From the NCBI RefSeq assembly GCF_004010195.1, contig NC_057718.1:73144713-73198706 (forward strand): a stretch of 53,994 nt of DNA, read 5' to 3'. Within the stretch, counting starts at the first letter, position 1. Every line of letters begins with the position of its first letter. The stretch is from Chiloscyllium plagiosum (taxonomy: Eukaryota). The notes beneath the pieces are model-generated. The model ran no database searches. It was not told the DNA's origin and worked only from the letters and a program-made list of their open reading frames with translations. Made by a program: the position numbers and the translations under genes. Below, in pieces: positions 1 through 12,722 of this stretch.

Positions 1-965
1 ATAAATTCTAAAACTTGCTATCTTCTGTAGTAAGAACCCTTATTCCAAAGAGTTGATAGGCAGCAATGATCATAGAACTGTTACATCATGGAAACAGGCC
101 ATTCGGCCCATCAAAATCACACTGAACCTCCCACCTCCTTACCCTGTCCCTGTAACCCTGCATTTCTCATGGTTAATCCACATAACCAACACATCACTGG
201 GCAGTTTGGGCCATCCACCTACCTGCACAACTTTTGACTGTTGGAGAAAACCAGAGCACCTGGAGGAAACTCCTGCAGACACTGGGGGAATGTGCAGAGT
301 ACACACAGACAGTAACCCAAGGCTAGAATCGAACCTGCTCCTTAGTGCTGTGAAGCAGCAGTGCTAACCACTGTGCCATCATAATGGCTGATGATTTTGA
401 GCTAAACTATAAAACTGAAACGTTTCTCAGTCAACCCCATAAATTCAAAAGGGATTGAAAATAGGAGAGTGAAAGGAAGGTGACAAATGGTTAACTGTGA
501 AAATTTCAAAGTCTCCTCCTCAGACCAAAAGGGAAAGTACTGACAATGGAGGCGAAAACTTGGAATCTGAGGTCTTTCTCTGCAACAAGGTAGAACATAT
601 TCATTCAGCATGCTGGAAGTTGAGATAAAAGCCCATGGAATTATTTAGAATGCAAAATAATGAGTCTGAAAGGGAACTTCAAAGGAAAAGGCCGTGAATC
701 AAATTGTAGCTTTTTCTAGAACTAAGAGACCAAGTGAGACACTACTGTGAGTGCAGATGATAGCCATAGTAGATAAGAAATATGAAGGTTTTTGTGTGAG
801 AAAAGATCACTCCTTTTCAAAAAAAAAATGCAGTCCGTAGCTATACTAAGAGTTACAAAGGGCTGCTCAAACTCTCTTGCTGGAGAAGCTTTTAGTTTTC
901 CCTCCAGAGAGTTCAAAGAAGCCAAATTGTTGATAAATGGCATAGGTGGAGAGTATTTTCTGGTT
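1..965 (+). pseudogene. Old Gmr1-like Gypsy gag (capsid end, zinc knuckle)-protease fragment, interrupted by the SINE at 68-378
   Basis: Broken frames read F*NLLSSVVRT (5-40), IMADDFELNYK (381-413), FLCNKVEHIHSACWKLR (CCHC-like, ~575-625) and VAILRV..GAAQTLLL..LLINGIGGEY (835-960). These parallel the gag/protease of the element at 41969-49121 (EEFKNSLP, ADEYMLVHK, CFHCGKVGH, ILRDTGSNQSL). Confidence 0.7.
68..378 (-). mobile_element. HE1-type tRNA-derived V-SINE
   Basis: The reverse strand begins ggcacagtggttagcactgctgc (A box), has ggttcgattc (B box), the same central domain as 18799-19113 and a CR1-like 3' tail. Confidence 0.85.
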
Positions 966-967
966 AG

Positions 968-1125
968 GATTATAGAGGTTTACAGCATACAAAAGACCCT
1001 TTGGCCCATCAAATCTGTGCCAGTCAAAAACAGCCACCTAACTATTCTAATCCAATTTTCCTGCACTTGGCCCAAAGTGTTATGCCTTGCCGTCACAGGA
1101 GTACATCTAAATACTACTAAAATGT
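968..1125 (-). mobile_element. CR1 LINE 3' tail fragment
   Basis: atagaggtttacagcatacaaaagaccctttggcccatc matches the reverse-complemented CR1 3' ends elsewhere (27062, 45309). Confidence 0.65.
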
Positions 1126-1167
1126 TAAGAACTGGTAGCATTCAGCCTTTTCGTTAGCTATATAATT

Positions 1168-1378
1168 TTAAAGATTTTCTAATCAATATTCAGACATGTA
1201 TTACACACCTCCTGGAGCATCCCAGGAGATGTGTACCACATCTCACCTCCCAGACATCTGGTTGCATTCAGGATATTTTCTTAATCAACCTGTTCAGAGA
1301 TGTTATTACACACATCTGGAGCAGGTGAAACTTGAACCCCGATCTCAGAGGTAGGGACACTGTCATTATGCCACAAGA
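1168..1378 (-). mobile_element. Second, non-HE1 tRNA-derived SINE with partial internal duplication
   Basis: The reverse strand reads cttgtggcataatgacagtgtccctacc (A box-like) then ggggttcaagtttcacc (B box-like). Segment 1180-1219 repeats 1283-1323. Confidence 0.55.
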
Positions 1379-2681
1379 ACTACTCAAGTAACTTTCTGAT
1401 TCACTTCTGTCAGTTGGATTCAACTATTGCTGCTAGTGGTGCAATAGACTATTAATGCCAGCCAATACTAGTAGCTAGGCAGTATGCCTCCCTTCTGGTA
1501 ATTGCATGATGCAAATATCTTTATAATGTGAATTGTTTCCCCACTGTTTTTCAGCTTTATGCTTTATTGTTAATATAAGATCAATAAAGTGGGATCAATA
1601 AAAAGGGGAAAAAATGCATGACAGCAGGACTGTCATGCTTTTCTTTTTATTTAAACTTTTATCAAGAAACACAAAAATAAAAACTGAAAACATGGAAATA
1701 ATTATACATGAAATTGTCAAAAGCAAACCATAATTAACTGTTATCAAGGCATCTAAAATCAAGAATGCATTGAAAATGTGACATAAGTTATGCACTGTGA
1801 TTGTATAAAGACAATAATTTTAACTAAAGGAATCCCAGAAAAAGAAACCAAAAATGGCTTCTTATTTAGGGACTGCATTTTCTCCACTGTGTACAAGATG
1901 ATCTTCCAAATCTCCTTTTGTTGGTTTCTCTTCACTTATCCCCTGGCTGTTCAGATAATGTATGAAGAATGTTTGCAAAAGAAAGAATTAGCTACAAATA
2001 TGATAAGCTATTGAAATGCGCAATGGATGCTCAGAAATAAAGTCAGCATCAAGTCATCAACTTGGATACCTCTTACAGCATTCATCTTTGCTGGTGGAAA
2101 GCCCGGCTTTCAGTTCATGATGCCAGTGCTTGCAAATCGTACGCACACCCTGCTCCACACAGACCCTGGAGTATCTCCAATCCATGTATGAGAACTGCAA
2201 TGGAGAAACAGAAATTGGAATTCTTCCAGTCACACAATCTCTGATATTTCAACATAAATTTCTAAAAGAAAAATATTACAATTGATTTAATATGTCTGTA
2301 GGCTTGACCACAGATCTTGAATGTTGAGTGTAGACAGAAATCTATATGGTACATAAACATCAAATGCCAACGGTTATGATATAAAATATGTTACAATCTA
2401 TTTTCATTTTTCTTTCCTAAGAGCCTTTCTCAGTCCTTTCACATCATATGATTCCTCTCTTTCTAATTATTCGCTGATGCCTTGGTGCCAATTCAGCCAG
2501 GGCGACCTCTGCACTGACTGCCAGGTGCCCAACATTTGGCAAAAAAAAGTGATACTTCACCAGAAGAATAGGGGTGAATGGTGATAAAACAATAAGTAAC
2601 AAGGGAAATGCAGGAATTTTGGGTGAAATAAAACTAAAGTGAAACTCAAGCCAGGCTCTTTTGACGGCTTCCAAACCTTCT

Positions 2682-3745
2682 AAACAGTACAGCACAGGAA
2701 CAGGCTGTTCTGCCCACTGTTGAACCAACCATGATGCCATTCTGAACTAATCCGATCTGCCTGTACATGTTCCATATCCCTCCATTCCTTGCTTGTTCAT
2801 ATGTCTGTCTAAATGCCTATTAAACGTTGCTACCATCTTTTGTGGCAGCACATTCCAGGCAAAGACCACATTTTGTTTAAAAAGCTTGCCTTACACATCT
2901 CCATTTTACTTTCCCCTCTCACCTTAAACCTATGCCGTCTAGTGTTTGACCCTTCCACCTTGGGTGGGGGTGGGGGGATGTAGGTGGAGAAAGAATGACT
3001 GACTATCCACATGATTCATGCCTTTCATGATTTTATATACTTCTCTCAGTTTGACTCTCAGTCTCTGACGCTCAAGCAAAAATAATCTGAGTTTGCCTAA
3101 TCTCTCTTTATAGTTAAAGCACTTCAATCCAGGCAACATCCTGGTAAACCTCTTTTGCATCATCTCCAAAGCACTCATATCCTTTCTATAGTGTGGTGAC
3201 CACAGCTGCAAGTAATACTCCAAATGTGGCCTAACTGAAGTCTTATACAACTGCAACATGACTTGACAACCGATGAAGGCAAGCATGCCATACAACTTCT
3301 TTACCACCTTATCCACATGTATTGACACTTTCAGGGAACTATGGTCTTACACCTCAAGATCCCTGTTTATCAACACTCCAAAGGGTCCTACCAACTACTG
3401 CATATTTTCATCTTGCATTGACCCCCCAAACTGCATCATCTGTCCAAGTTTAACTCCATCTGCCATTCCTCCGTCCAAATTTCCAAATGGCCTATATCGT
3501 GCTGAATCCTTTGCTAACCTTCGTCACTTCCTCAATTCCATTAATTTTTGCATCATCTGCAAATTTACTAATCAGACCACCTGCATTTTCATCCAAATCA
3601 TTTATATTACAAACAGAAGAGGTCCCATCACTATCACTTGTGAAATACCACAGAAAAACAGCCTCCATTTGTTTTCTGCCCTGTCTTCTGCAACCAAGCC
3701 AATTTTATATCCACTTTATTAACTCACCACGGATCTCATGTGACT
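2682..3745 (-). mobile_element. CR1 LINE, 5'-truncated (RT C-terminus and 3' UTR)
   Basis: ORF 2939-3328 has LYKTSVRPHLEYYLQLWSPHYRKD...QKRFTRMLPGL; a KFADD motif lies near 3550-3565; typical 3' tail. Confidence 0.9.
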
Positions 3746-3749
3746 TAAT

Positions 3750-4122
3750 GTGACAGAATGTATAGCAAAAGATCACATTGTCATGCAATTAAAACGATGT
3801 ATTGAACAAACCAAGATTGCTGTTAAATCTTTCATCTATTAGAATGGATTGCAGGTTTCGGTTTATACATATGTTAATCCCAGGTCACTACTTTTAGGTC
3901 ACATTCTTGAGATAACTTAAGGTTTTATAAATAAATGACATCTCAGTTCAAACAATGCATTAATGGTGTGAGGTTAGAATCTGTCTGTATCCCAATCTTG
4001 GGTCAGACTTGTTCTATTTCCAAAGTAGGAATTTATAAAATGCTATATGGATTGACTGCCGGCAGTTGTGTGCTTTTTGAACAAAACTAGAATGTATTTG
4101 CAAATACAATTCTGCAAATTCA
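3750..4122 (-). mobile_element. Diverged Penelope-like terminal repeat fragment
   Basis: Colinear similarity to 7605-7950 (acagaat.tatagcaaaag...gtcacattct...tgcaaatacaa). Confidence 0.6.
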
Positions 4123-4423
4123 TCTCCAACCAACACAGCATACTGACTTGGAATTAAAACACCCATCCTCCTCTGTCACTAGGTCAAAATCCTGGAACTC
4201 CAATCTTAGCAGGCCTCATCTACTCTGTTCTCAAGTACCTGGTACTGAGGGTCAATCCTCCAACTGGGGTTGGGGATGGGTGGGGGAAATACATTGAGAA
4301 AAAGACCTGCATCACTTCTGCCATCTGCAATGATGAGCACTTCAACAAGAGCTAGCCCAGGATGTGTTGCCCAACATCCAGACTGTTCTCCTGTGCAAGG
4401 AAGCCGGACATTCCAATACAATT

Positions 4424-5170
4424 AGGAGAAAGTGACAACTGCAAATGCTGGGGAGTCAGAGCCAAAAAGTGTGGCACTGAAAAAGACACAACAGCATCTG
4501 AGGAGAGTCGATGTGTCAGGCATAAGTCCTTCATCAGGATTGTGGAGGGGCAAGGTGGCTGAGAAATAAATAGGGTTTGGATGCGGCTTGGGGGAAGGTA
4601 GTTGGGATGGCAATGGCCGATGCAGCTGGGAGGTGATTGCAATAAGTTGTTGGGGAGGGTGGAGAGGATAAGTGGGCAAGAAGATGGACAGGTAGGTCAG
4701 ATCAAGAGGTCAGTGCCAAGTTGGAGGGTTAGATCTGGGATGGGTTTGGGTATTTGGCGAGATTCGGAAACTGGTGAAGTCAATGCTAATGCCATGTGGT
4801 TGTAGGGTCCCAAGGTGGAAGATGAGGCGTTCTTCCTCCAGTTGGTGCATGGCTCTGATTTGGTGGTGGAGAGGAGCCAGCATTTGCATGAGAGGGGGAG
4901 TTCAAATGTTTGGCCACAGGATGGTGGGGTTGTTTGGTGAGTGCAGACCAGACAATTTCACTGAAAAGCTTCATGATTTGGCACTTGGTCTCCGCAGTGT
5001 AGAGGAGAGCACATCAAGGGTGGATCCAGTGAATGAGGTGGGAGGATGTGCAGGAAAGTGTCTACAGGATTTGAAATGCTCTTTTAGGGACTTGAATGGA
5101 AGTGAGAGGGGAGGTGTGGACGTAGATTTTGAATCTCATGTGGTGGCAGGGAAAGGTGCCAAGTGGGTTG
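4424..5170 (-). mobile_element. Penelope-like element family A, antisense 3' portion (GIY-YIG end, terminal repeat, tail)
   Basis: Reverse complement resembles 6300-6940 (QPHHPVAKHLNSPSH versus QPHHPVANHFNSPSH). It carries a degenerate ctgatga...gaca hammerhead at ~4505-4540 and the tail ...cactttctcct. Confidence 0.8.
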
Positions 5171-5229
5171 GTAGGCAGTGTGATGGCAAGGGTCATAGTT
5201 CCCCAATCCCGCACCACCTAGTTCCACCA

Positions 5230-6940
5230 CTTACTCAAAACCCACACACTTGATTTCAGTTGAGCGATTGTCTCCGCCTGCTCCTGCCCCACCGAGCTCA
5301 TCTTCTCATATCTTGACTCTGACCTGTACCCCTTGGTCCATGGACTCCCCACATAAGTCCGGGACACTACCCACGCCCTCCACCTCCATGACTTTTGATT
5401 CCCTGGTCCCCAACACCTCATCTTCACCATGGGCATCCAGTCCCTATACACCTCCATCCCCCATGACAAAGGCCTTAAAGCCCTCTGTTTCTTCCTCTCC
5501 TGCTGACGCAACCTGTCCCCCTCCACCAACATTCTAATTTGATTGGCAGAACTGGTCCTTACCCTCAACAACTTCTTCTATGAATCCTCCCACTTCCTAC
5601 AGACAGGAGCAGTAATCACGTGCAACACTTGAGCCCCAGCTATGCCTGCCTCTTTGTAGGGTATGTGGAACAGTCCCTTATCCATAGCTACCTTTCCTCC
5701 ACTACATTGATGACTGCATTGGCGCCACCTTGTGCTCCCATGTGAAGGTTGAGGAGTTTACCAACTTCACCAATATCTTCCACCCTGACGTCAAGTTCAC
5801 ATGGACTGTCTCTGACACTTTCCTGGACCTCTCCGGCGACCAACTCATATTTCAAACCCACAGATTCCCACAGTTACCTTGACTACACCACCTTCCACCC
5901 GCATCACCCCTGTAAAAATGTGATCATTTACTCCTAATTCCTCAGTGTCTGCTGTATCTGCTCCCGGGAGGAGCAATTCCACTCCAGGACATCCTGATGT
6001 ATTCTTATTTCAAGCACTGCAATTTCCCTCCCATGTGATCAATAATAACCCCCATCACATCTCCTCCACTTCCCGCACATCTGCCCTCGAACCCCACCTC
6101 CCCAACCACAACAAGGGTAGAACCCACCGGTTTTTACATTCCACTCCACGAATCTCCAGATACAGCGCATTATCCTCCGCCATTTTCACCACCTACAGTC
6201 AGGCCCCACCACCAAAAATATATTTCCCTTCCTATTTGTTCCGCACAGACCATTCCCTCCAGACTCCCTTGTTAGGTCCACACTCCCCACCAAACCACTC
6301 TCTACACCTGACACCTTCCCCTGCCACCACACGAGGTGCAAAACCTGCACCCACACCCTCCCACTGCACCTCTGTCCAAGGCCCTAAAGGATCATTTCAA
6401 ACCTTGCAGAGATTTTCCTGCACATGCTCCCACATCATTTACTGCATCTGCTGCTCTAAATGTGCACTCCCCTACATTGGATAGACAGAGCGCCAACTCA
6501 TGAAGCGACTCGCTCCAAGCAACCCCACCACCCTGTGGCTAACCACTTCAATTCTCCCTCTCACTCCCCCAGGGTCATAAAAATCCTGGCCCTCCTCCAC
6601 TGCCAAAACAAAGACACCCACCAATTTGAGGAAGAATGCCTTGGCTCCTACAACCCCACGGCATTAACATTAACAATTCAATCTTCCAACTCTGTACTGC
6701 CCTCCTAACCTGACCTGCCTATCCGCTCCACCGTCCTCATCGACATGTCAATCACTTCCCACCTGTATCCACCAATCGCCATACCATCTACTTCCCCAGT
6801 CCCACCCCCATACACCTTTTTATCTCTCACCCGCTTTCCCGTCCATATTCTTGATGAAGGGCTTATGCCTGAAACATTGATTCTCCTGCACCTCAGATGT
6901 GGACTGACTTGCTATGCTTTTTCTAGTACCACACTTTTAA
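5230..6940 (+). mobile_element. Penelope-like element family A, decayed RT + GIY-YIG endonuclease and terminal repeat
   Basis: Frames give LIFTMGIQSLYTSIPH, PSYACLFVGYVE, YIDDC, YFKPTDSHSYLDY and HIIYCICCSKCALPYIG. The terminal repeat has ttgatgaagggcttatgcctgaaac at ~6850. Confidence 0.85.
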
Positions 6941-7551
6941 ATTTCAATACAACTACAAAGTCAGGATGACTAAAATGTCTAAGCATATTGTCATAAAAAT
7001 TATAGATCAAATGCTGCTATGCAACCATTTATATAGCCAAAAGCTTCAAATGTAAACTGTCACTTCCAGTTCTCCATCAAAACCCCTTCCTTTATGTAAT
7101 AGTGCACAACCCAACTCTCAAGCTATCGCTTCAGGCCTACAGTAATATACCTGCATGGCCACATGTCCTTGAGCTGCTACCTTCTCTGCCAACAATGCCT
7201 GAGTTTCAAAACTACGCTCGTCAGTAAACAAATTCTTCACAGGGCATTGGGCTGTTTCCCTCACTCTTCCAAATACCCAGGCCCTGAGACTACAATTCCA
7301 TCGAACTCCCAGGTCTAGGAAACTGCTCCCTCCAAACCCATGCCCCCAACCCAAAATAAAGCCCTAGTAACCTCTTCCACGCAGTAGCCATATTTCCTGG
7401 TGTTGACAAACGTTTCCTTCCAGGTAGCTCCACAATTAGGAGGTCCACTATAGGAGGTATTTTGTTAAAATAAGTTTATAACAATACCTGTATGTTATGA
7501 AGTTAAAAATCACACAACACCAGATTATAGTTCAACAGGTTTAATTGGAAG

Positions 7552-7586
7552 CACTAGTTTTCGGAGCGCTGCTCCTTCATCAGTTG
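7552..7586 (-). ncRNA. Minimal type I hammerhead ribozyme motif (family B)
   Basis: Minus strand: aac CTGATGA a GGAGC agc GCTCC GAAA acta gtg. Core boxes and helix II are intact; the helix III palindrome is altered. Confidence 0.7.
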
Positions 7587-8922
7587 GTTGTGGAGTACAC
7601 AATTGTAAGGCACAGAATTTATAGCAAAAGTTTACAGAGTGATGTAACTGAAATTATACATTGAAAAATACCTTGATTGTTTGTTAAGTCTCTCATCCGT
7701 TGAATGACCATGATAGTTTTAGTTCTTTCACATGTAAATCACAAAATTTTTTTAAAAAGTTACATTCTCAGGTTAACTGTAACAATTGGTGTCAGACCAG
7801 ATAAGATGTTGAAGGTGTTAGCCCCCTGTGTTCTATTGTCTGTGCCACAATGTTTAGACTGATTCTAATCTAAAAAATTAGTTAACAGAGTCTTATATGG
7901 ATGCATGCAGTTTTTGCGCAAAGTACAATGTAACTCTGCAAGTACAAATTCATCCCACAAACGTATGTGTATGCGTGCATGTGGGTTTGTGTGTGTGCAT
8001 ATGTCTTGTGTTTGGGGTTGTGAGTGTCTGTGCGAGAGAGTGTATGTGTGAGTGTAAAGGGGTCTTAAGTCTGTGAGAGGGTCATGTGTGAGTTGGGAGT
8101 GGCAACAGCCTCAGTACTCAACACAAACAATTGCCAATCTCAGAACACCGTCCTACAACTCATCCGCCTTATCCTCGATCACAACGTCTTCGCCTTTAAC
8201 AACCAGTTCTTTATCCAGAAACATGGAACAGCCATGGGGACAAAATTTGCACCCCAATATGCTAACATCTTCATGCACAAGTTCGAACATGACTTCTTCT
8301 CTACGCAGGACCTCCAACCAACATTATGCACCAGGTACATTGATGACATTTACTTCCTCTGGACCCATGGTGTAGGAATCACTGATAAAACTCCACAGTG
8401 ATATCAACAAGTTTCATCCCACCATCAAATTCCCCATGGACTACTCTCGACTATCTGTCTCATTCTTGGACACATCCATCTCTATCAAGGATGGACACCT
8501 CAGCATCACACTCTACTGCAAACCCACAGACAACCTCACAATGCTACACTTCTCCAGCTTCCTTCCAAAACATTTAAACAGCCATCCGCTATCAACAAGC
8601 CCAACGTGTACACCAGCTCTGTTCAGATGAGGAGGAACATGACGGGCACATGGAAGTACTCAGGGATGCCCTCATAAGAATGGGGTACGATGCTCAACTC
8701 ATCGACCACCAGTTCTGACGTGCCACAGCAAGGAACCATAATGACCTCCTCAGGAAACAGACACTTGCTGCAACCAACAGGGTACCCTTCATTGCCCAGT
8801 ACTTCTCAGGAGCCGAGAAACTACGCCATGTTCTTCACAACCTGCAACACATTGTCAGTGAGGATGAGCACCTCGCAAAGCTCTTCCCCACACCTCCACT
8901 GCTTGCCTTTAAACAACCTCAA

Positions 8923-9006
8923 GAAGGGCTTATGCCCGAAACGTCCATTCTCCTGTTCACTGGATGCTGCCTGACCTGCTGCGCTTTTCCAGCAACACAT
9001 TTTCAG
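8923..9006 (+). mobile_element. 84-bp family A Penelope terminal mini-insertion
   Basis: Flanked by an exact 16-bp direct repeat ctttaaacaacctcaa (8907-8922, 9007-9022) inside the family B ORF. Confidence 0.9.
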
Positions 9007-9504
9007 CTTTAAACAACCTCAAACAGATCATTGTTCATAGCAAACTACCCAGCTTTCAAGACAACTCCATACAACCCTGTCACGGTAGGCGCTTTAAGAC
9101 ATGTCTTAGTGTAGACATGGATACAACCATTACACGTGGGGACACCTCCCACCATGTACGTGGCAGGTAATCATGTGACTCAGCCAACGTTGTCCATCTT
9201 ATACGCTGCAGGCAAGGATGCTCTGAGGCATGGTATATTGGTGAAACCGAGCAGAGGCTACTGCAACGAATGAATGGGCACCACACAACAATCAACAGAC
9301 AGGAATGTTCTGTCCCTGTTGGAAAACACTTCGGCGGTTCTGGACATTCAACCTCGGACCTTCAGGTGACCATCCTCCAACGCGGATTTCGGGACAGGCA
9401 GCAGTGAAAAGTGGCCGAGCAGGGGCTGATAGCTAAGTTCGGTACCCATAGGGAGGGCCTCAACCGGGACCTTGGGTTCATGTCACACTACAGGTGACCA
9501 TCAT

Positions 9505-9960
9505 TGCACTCTACACACACAGACACTTCTATATACACACACACTCCTATACATACACAGACACTCTCACACACTCCAACAGACACACACACTCCTGAAC
9601 TCACACATGCACCATCTCACAAACTTAGATCCCTTTACATTCACACACATATACATATACACTCTTTCTCACAGACACTCACAGCCTCCCACCCCACACA
9701 CACACACACACACCACAGGCACTCCTGTACACACACACCTATACACAACACTCCCACACCATCACATGCATCCTCTCACAGACACACTCTCTCTCTCGCA
9801 CAGACACTCACACACACTCCTACAGACACACTCTCACACTCACACGTGCACCCTTTCACAGACTTAGACCCCTTTATACTCACACACATATACACTCTCT
9901 CTCACAGACATTCACAGCCCCCCACTCCAGACAGACACACACACACAAACCCACATGCAC
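9505..9960. repeat. CA-rich low-complexity tract in the Penelope 3' UTR
   Basis: Dense cacaca/ctctct with a repeated block (9616-9695 and 9855-9929). Confidence 0.9.
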
Positions 9961-10342
9961 ATATGTGTTCGTGGGGTGAATTTGTACTTGCAGAGTTACA
10001 TTGTACTTTGCTCAAAAGCTGCATGAATCCATGTAAGACTCTGTTAACTAATTTTTTAGATTAAATTAGTCTAAAGATTGTGGCACAGACAACAGAACAC
10101 AGGAGGCTAACAACTTCAACATCTTATCTGGCCTGACACCAATTGTTACAGTTAACCTGAGAATATAACTTTTTAAAAAAGTTTTGTGATTTACATATGA
10201 AAGAAGTGAAACTATCATGGTCATTCTAACACATGAGAGACTTAACAAACAATCAAGGTATTTTTCAATATGTAATTTTAGTTACATCACACTGTAAACT
10301 TTTGCTATAAATTCTGTGCCTTACAATTGTGTCCTCCACAAC

Positions 10343-10377
10343 CACCTGATGAAGGAGCGGCGCTCCAAAAGCTAGTG
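10343..10377 (+). ncRNA. Minimal type I hammerhead motif (family B), GAAA box mutated
   Basis: CAC CTGATGA a GGAGC ggc GCTCC aAAA GCTA GTG: helix I CAC/GTG, palindromic AGCT helix III, G>A change at a former CpG. Confidence 0.65.
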
Positions 10378-10856
10378 CTTCCAATTAAACCTGTTGAACT
10401 ATAACCTGGTGTTGTGTGATTTTTACCTTCATACATCCAACACTGGCATCTCCAAATCGTGTATTTTACTAATAATTTTATTTATCCATGTAGAAGTTTA
10501 GTCTTTTAAAATACTGTATTTCAATTTCCAGGGATTAGACATGATGAAATTTAATTCTTTTCTTCTGCTAAGGAGGCCTCTACGTGTTTTATGACTCTTG
10601 TGAAAATTATGACTTTTAGGGATTCAATCCCAAACGTATGTAGGACAATCATATTTTGTAATTTTATCATTTAGGAACTTTGATTCTAAAGAAGACTTTA
10701 ATGAGTTATACATTTTTATTGCGGTAAATTCTGACTTGTTTTCAGGAAAGGACTAGAAAACCACTTGGAATAGTCTTTACAAAAAGTGGTGTCTTAAATT
10801 AACATAATTTTCGTGATCTACAGTAAAAGAGTTGACCAGACAGCACAAAAAGCTCA

Positions 10857-10995
10857 GACATAGAGTCGTAGAGGTCTACAAGCACAGAAAATGTCTCTAC
10901 AGATCATCAAGTTTGCTGGTGAAAACAAGCACCTACCCATTCAAATCCCATTTTGCAGCACTTGGCCCGTATGCCTTGGCATCATTAATGCACAT
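10857..10995 (-). mobile_element. CR1 3' tail fragment
   Basis: catagagtcgtagaggtctaca...cccattttgcagcacttggccc matches the other CR1 tails. Confidence 0.6.
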
Positions 10996-11755
10996 CTACG
11001 TTCCTGAATCTGAGTACAATAAACTACGACAATAAGCTGACTATGACAAATAGAGAATTATTACTTAAAGAGATGGTGGTGGATAGGCAATGATAAACAT
11101 TTAAAGAGTGCATGGAGGAACTGCAAAATTGTTCATTGTTTGCTGCCACAAAAATAAAATGATATCCTGACCATGGCTAACAAGGGAAATTAGGGATAGT
11201 ACTAGATACAAGGAACGGCCATGTAAATTAGCCAAAAAGATCGGTGGACCTGAGGAATGGAAGACGTTTAGATTTCATTAAAGGAGTAAAGGGTTGATAT
11301 AAGAGAGGAAATATAGAGAAAACAATAAGCTTGTTGGAAAGATATAAACTGTTGTAAAGAGAAAAAAATTAGTGAAGATAAATATTGATCTCTTACAGTA
11401 GGAAATGGGATGTTATAATGGGATGATATAGTTGGTCTATCATTATAAGAAATGATAGACCAATTAAGTACGTATTTTGGTTCTATCTTCATAAAGGACA
11501 CAAATAACATCCAAAAATGTTGGGAAGCACATGGTCCAGTGAGAGTGAGGGACTGAATGACATCAGTATGAGAAGGGAAATGTGTTGGGGAAATTGATGG
11601 AATTAAAGGCTGACAGATGCCCTGGTCCAAACAGACTGTATCCTAGAGTGCTTAAGGAAGTGGCCTTAGAAATAGAGATGTGTTGGTAGTCATCTTTTAA
11701 GATTCTGTGGACTCTGAAATAGTTCCAATGGATTGGAGGGTAGCTAATGTAACCC

Positions 11756-11895
11756 GAGGAGAAAGTGAGGACAGCAAATGCTGGAGATCAGAGTCAAAAA
11801 GTGTGATGCTGGAAAAGCACAGCAGGAGAGGTAGCATCCAAAGGCTCTCCTGCTCCTTAGAGGCTACCTGACCTGCTGTGTGCCACACTTTTGAC
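11756..11895. mobile_element. 140-bp fold-back Penelope terminal mini-insertion
   Basis: Exact 14-bp direct repeat agctaatgtaaccc (11742-11755, 11896-11909); antisense then sense copy of the terminal sequence. Confidence 0.88.
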
Positions 11896-12037
11896 AGCTA
11901 ATGTAACCCCACTATTTAAAACAGGTCGTAGAGAGAAAATTTTACACTGGTTGGCCCAACATCAGTAATTGGGAAATTGCTGCAGTCCATATAAAAGATG
12001 TAATAACAAAGCACTGGAAAACAAACAGGTCAACATG

Positions 12038-12328
12038 ACACCAATTGTTAAAGTTCACTTGAGAATGTAACTTTTAAAAAGATTTTGTGATTGACATATG
12101 AAAAAACTGAAACCAACATGGTCATTCTAACAGATGAGAGACTTAAACAATCCAGGTCTTTTTCAATGTATAATTTCAGTTACATCACGATGTAAACGTT
12201 TGCTATAAATTCTGTGTCTTACAAACTTATACTCCACAACCACCTGATGAAGGAACAGCGCTCCAAAAGCCAATGCTTCCAGTTAAACCTGTTGGACTAT
12301 AACCTGGTGTTGTGTGATTTTTAACTTT
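12038..12328 (+). mobile_element. Isolated family B Penelope terminal repeat (degenerate hammerhead 12241-12275)
   Basis: Colinear with 10135-10430. Confidence 0.9.
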
Positions 12329-12632
12329 AGGATTGGAGAGACACAGAGGCAGGATATGTGAAAGGTTTGCTTATAAATCTATTGGAATTTATTGAGGATA
12401 TAGTCAGTAGTATTGATCAATGGGAACCAGGAGAGGTAGTTCATTTGGGTTTTTCAGAAGGCTTTCAATAAAGTCTTACAGTAGATATTAGCATGGAAAA
12501 TTAAAGCGTGTGTGGGATTTGGTATAATGTACTGACATGGATAGAGAACTGGCTGGCAGGTAGGAAACAAAGAATAGGGTCTGAATGGTAGCCAGTGACG
12601 ATTGAGATATCACAGGGATCAGTTCTTGGATC

Positions 12633-12722
12633 AGGAGAATCGACATTTCGGGCATAAGCCCTTCTTCCAACACAGTTTTCAAGCTCTGATCTCCAGCATC
12701 TGCAGTCCTCACTTTCTCCTTT
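12633..12722. mobile_element. 90-bp inverted-plus-sense Penelope terminal mini-insertion
   Basis: Exact 15-bp direct repeat atcagttcttggatc (12618-12632, 12723-12737). Confidence 0.9.

Larger units (their letters stand above)
7500..10458 (+). mobile_element. Penelope-like element family B with inverted terminal repeats (left arm ~7500-8090, right arm ~9840-10430, plus 3' tail)
   Basis: RT motifs GTAMGTKFAPQYANIFM and RYIDDI (8084-8401); GIY-YIG region NVVHLIRCRQGCSEAWYIGET (~9186-9250). 7500-7990 is the reverse complement of ~9945-10430. Confidence 0.92.

Noticed and set aside
7000..7495. Unique-looking segment with a 78-aa ORF (7118-7354)
   Set aside because: No recognisable motif, splice pair or repeat structure.
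9472..10064. His/Thr-rich ORFs of 131 and 186 aa
   Set aside because: Translations of the CA-rich Penelope UTR; stop codons are scarce because of composition.
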